A DNA stretch of 59,643 bases from Bacteroidota bacterium. GTDB taxonomy: Bacteria; Bacteroidota; Bacteroidia; JAADEI01. Shown here one piece after another: positions 57,496-59,643 of the stretch (position 1 is its first letter; each line of letters opens with the position of its first letter). The stretch lies in the NCBI GenBank assembly GCA_026992635.1, contig JALWYU010000048.1, forward strand, positions 1 to 59,643, written 5' to 3'. Below the pieces are notes generated by a model. That model was not told the origin of the DNA, made no database searches, and saw nothing but the letters and a program-made list of their open reading frames with translations. The position numbers and the translations under genes are program-made.

Positions 57496-59643
57496 ATGGG
57501 TGAGTTGGTGGGGTCTGGTCTGGCGAAGGGAGGCAGGACTGTGCTGGGACATCCGCCGGGTTTATTTGTGTTGTTTTTTGCGGAGATGTGGGAGCGATTT
57601 TCGTTTTATGGGATGCGTGCGCTGTTGATTTTTTATTTGTTGAAGGGGTTTTTTGCGGCGACGGATGAGGTGAGTTATGGGATTTATGGTGCGTATGGTG
57701 CGCTGGTGTATATGACGCCGTACATAGGTGGGTTGCTGGCGGATCGGGTTTTGGGACGTCGTCGTGCGGTGGTGTTGGGTGGGTTGTTGATGGCGGCGGG
57801 TCATTTGCTGATGACGGTTGAACATACGCTGGCGTTGTTTGGTGCGCTGGGTTTGCTGGTGGTGGGCAATGGGTTTTTTAAGCCGAACATTTCCACGATT
57901 GTGAGTGAGTTGTATGAACGGATGGGTTTGGTTCGTCGGAAGGATGCGGGCTTTACGATTTTTTATATGGGGATTAATCTGGGTGCGGCGGCGGCGCCGA
58001 TTGCCTGTGGGTATTTGGGTGAGACGTATGGCTGGCATTATGGGTTTGGATTGGCGACGGTGGGTATGCTTGTGGGTGTTGCGATATTTGTTGCGCCGGT
58101 TCGGTTGACGCAGTTTTTGATTGGGGGTACGGCGTTGTTGCTGGCTGTGGCTTTGCCGTTTTTGCAGGATACGGGTTCGTGGTATCAGGTGGGTTTGCGT
58201 GTGTTTTTGAGTGGGATGCTGGTGGTGTCGGGGGTTGTGGCGTGGGTGGCGTTGTCTCGTGGGGGTTTACCGGTTGGGGCGGGTGCTCCGCCAGTACCTG
58301 AGTTGTTGCGTCGTCGTGTAGTGGGGTTGTTGAGTGTGGAGGGGTTGATTTATGTGCTGTCGGTGGTGGGTGCGATGTTGTTTGGTGTGGCGATATTCTT
58401 TTATGTGCATTTGGGCTGGATTTTGCAGGTGGCGGGTTTGGCGTTTCTGGTGTACATTGTGTGGGAGATGTTTCGTTCGTGCACGCGTGCTGAGCGCTTG
58501 CATATTTTAGCGATGCTGGTTTTGTTCTTTTTCAACATGTTGTTCTGGGCGTTTTTTGAGCAGGCGGGGAGCAGTATTAATAACTGGACGGACAGGAATG
58601 TGGATCGGGTTGTGGAGCGGTATCGTGTTCGCGAGTCGGATGTTGGGAAGACGATGTGGTTTCGTGTGCCGTTGTCGGTGTCGGATACGTTGTTAGGGCG
58701 TTTACCGCTGTTAAGTCAGGAGCAGCTGGGTTATCGGAATGGGGATTCGTTGTTTTGGCAGCAGGTGTTGTATGCGATGCTGGTGGTGGAGACGAAGCGG
58801 AACTGGACGCGTGCGGATCCGGTTGATCTGGATACGGTGGTTGGGTTGTGGCGTCGTCTCAGGGGTTTGGGTTTGGTTACGTTGACGGCGGTTACGTATT
58901 TGCGTGAGGTGGTGAATATGAATTCTGAGGAGTTTATTCGGGCGATGGCGTTTGTGGTGAAGCATTATGGATGGTTTTCGGATCGTTTTGAGCGTTCGTC
59001 GTTTTATGTGGTGCGGTGGCGTGTTTTACCGGATAATGTGGGGATGGGGATTGCGTATGGAGAGATTCCGGCGTCGGAGTTTCAGGCTGTGAATCCGGCG
59101 TACATTTTGTTGCTGGGTCTTTTGTTCAGCTGGCTGTGGACTTGGTTGGGTCGTCGTGGACGGGATCCGTCGGTGCCGGTGAAGTTTTCGCTGGGTTTGT
59201 TGTTGCTGGGTTTGGGTTTCTTAGCGTTTTACTGGGGTGTGCTGGTTCGGGATGGACGGGGTATGGCGCCGGTCTGGTCGTTGTTGCTGGGGTGGTTGTT
59301 GATTACGTGTGGTGAGTTGAGTTTGTCGCCTGTGGGTTTGGCGATGGTTACGCGGTTGGCGCCTCGTCATCTGGTCAGTACGTTGATGGGGGGCTGGTTT
59401 TTAGCCAGTGCCTTTTCGCATTACATTGCGGCGGAGATTGCGCAGTTGACTGGGGTTGGTGAGGGTGGTGAGTCGGTGATTCAGGTGGTACCTCCTCCGT
59501 GGGAAACGGCATTGTTGTATGGGGAGGTGTTCTGGGGGATTGCGTGGTTTGCGCTGGGTGCTTCGGTGTTGTGTTTGTTGCTGTCGCCGGTGTTGAATCG
59601 ATGGATTGCCGCGCGGGATTTGGGTTCTGCCCCCACCGTCCCC
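57496..59643 (+). CDS. POT/PTR-family oligopeptide:H+ symporter (open at window end; absent from the ORF track)
   Basis: Hand-translated: GHPPGLFVLFFAEMWERFSFYGM (ExxERF), GGLLADR, GNGFFKPNI, FYMGINLG, FEQAGS, FQAVNP, GELSLSPVG; no stop before 59643. Confidence 0.93.
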   Translation, partial: MGELVGSGLAKGGRTVLGHPPGLFVLFFAEMWERFSFYGMRALLIFYLLKGFFAATDEVSYGIYGAYGALVYMTPYIGGLLADRVLGRRRAVVLGGLLMAAGHLLMTVEHTLALFGALGLLVVGNGFFKPNISTIVSELYERMGLVRRKDAGFTIFYMGINLGAAAAPIACGYLGETYGWHYGFGLATVGMLVGVAIFVAPVRLTQFLIGGTALLLAVALPFLQDTGSWYQVGLRVFLSGMLVVSGVVAWVALSRGGLPVGAGAPPVPELLRRRVVGLLSVEGLIYVLSVVGAMLFGVAIFFYVHLGWILQVAGLAFLVYIVWEMFRSCTRAERLHILAMLVLFFFNMLFWAFFEQAGSSINNWTDRNVDRVVERYRVRESDVGKTMWFRVPLSVSDTLLGRLPLLSQEQLGYRNGDSLFWQQVLYAMLVVETKRNWTRADPVDLDTVVGLWRRLRGLGLVTLTAVTYLREVVNMNSEEFIRAMAFVVKHYGWFSDRFERSSFYVVRWRVLPDNVGMGIAYGEIPASEFQAVNPAYILLLGLLFSWLWTWLGRRGRDPSVPVKFSLGLLLLGLGFLAFYWGVLVRDGRGMAPVWSLLLGWLLITCGELSLSPVGLAMVTRLAPRHLVSTLMGGWFLASAFSHYIAAEIAQLTGVGEGGESVIQVVPPPWETALLYGEVFWGIAWFALGASVLCLLLSPVLNRWIAARDLGSAPTVP

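Noticed and set aside
1-59643. Alternative genetic code explaining the odd composition
   Set aside because: Conserved genes translate full length with code 11, and TAA, TAG and TGA all serve as stops at expected positions.

Overview
Gene-dense DNA from a Bacteroidota-like bacterium, inferred from T9SS cargo proteins, the DUF4290-murA pair, Bacteroidota-type TamB, GS-III and a TAnnTTTG-like promoter motif. It holds about 42 CDS and 2 tRNAs, mostly housekeeping (prmC, murA, cysC-sat-cysQ, dapF, rpsO-pnp, nrnA, tamB, glnA-III, guaA, hisS, rfbB, mltG, engB). It also holds a TetR-TolC-RND efflux operon, an orphan DNA methyltransferase and several secreted proteins. I saw no integrase, transposase, rep/par gene or CRISPR array. 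The unusual part is the architecture. (1) The two window ends join in frame: the unfinished last gene reaches TGA TAA at 28-33, just before the first ATG, so this may be a closed ~59.6 kb molecule of core genes with no initiator gene. (2) A perfect, loop-less 110-bp palindrome at 8961-9070 fills the gap between convergent gene blocks. (3) About 18 degenerate copies of a 21-bp repeat lie at 36.27-36.65 kb, roughly opposite the palindrome on that circle. (4) An extreme G+T skew of the + strand, independent of gene orientation, runs from ~37-41 kb through the end/start join to ~9 kb and is weak or reversed in between. My working hypothesis (inference, untested) is a small circular or hairpin-ended minichromosome of a fragmented genome. 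An assembly artefact has to be excluded first.
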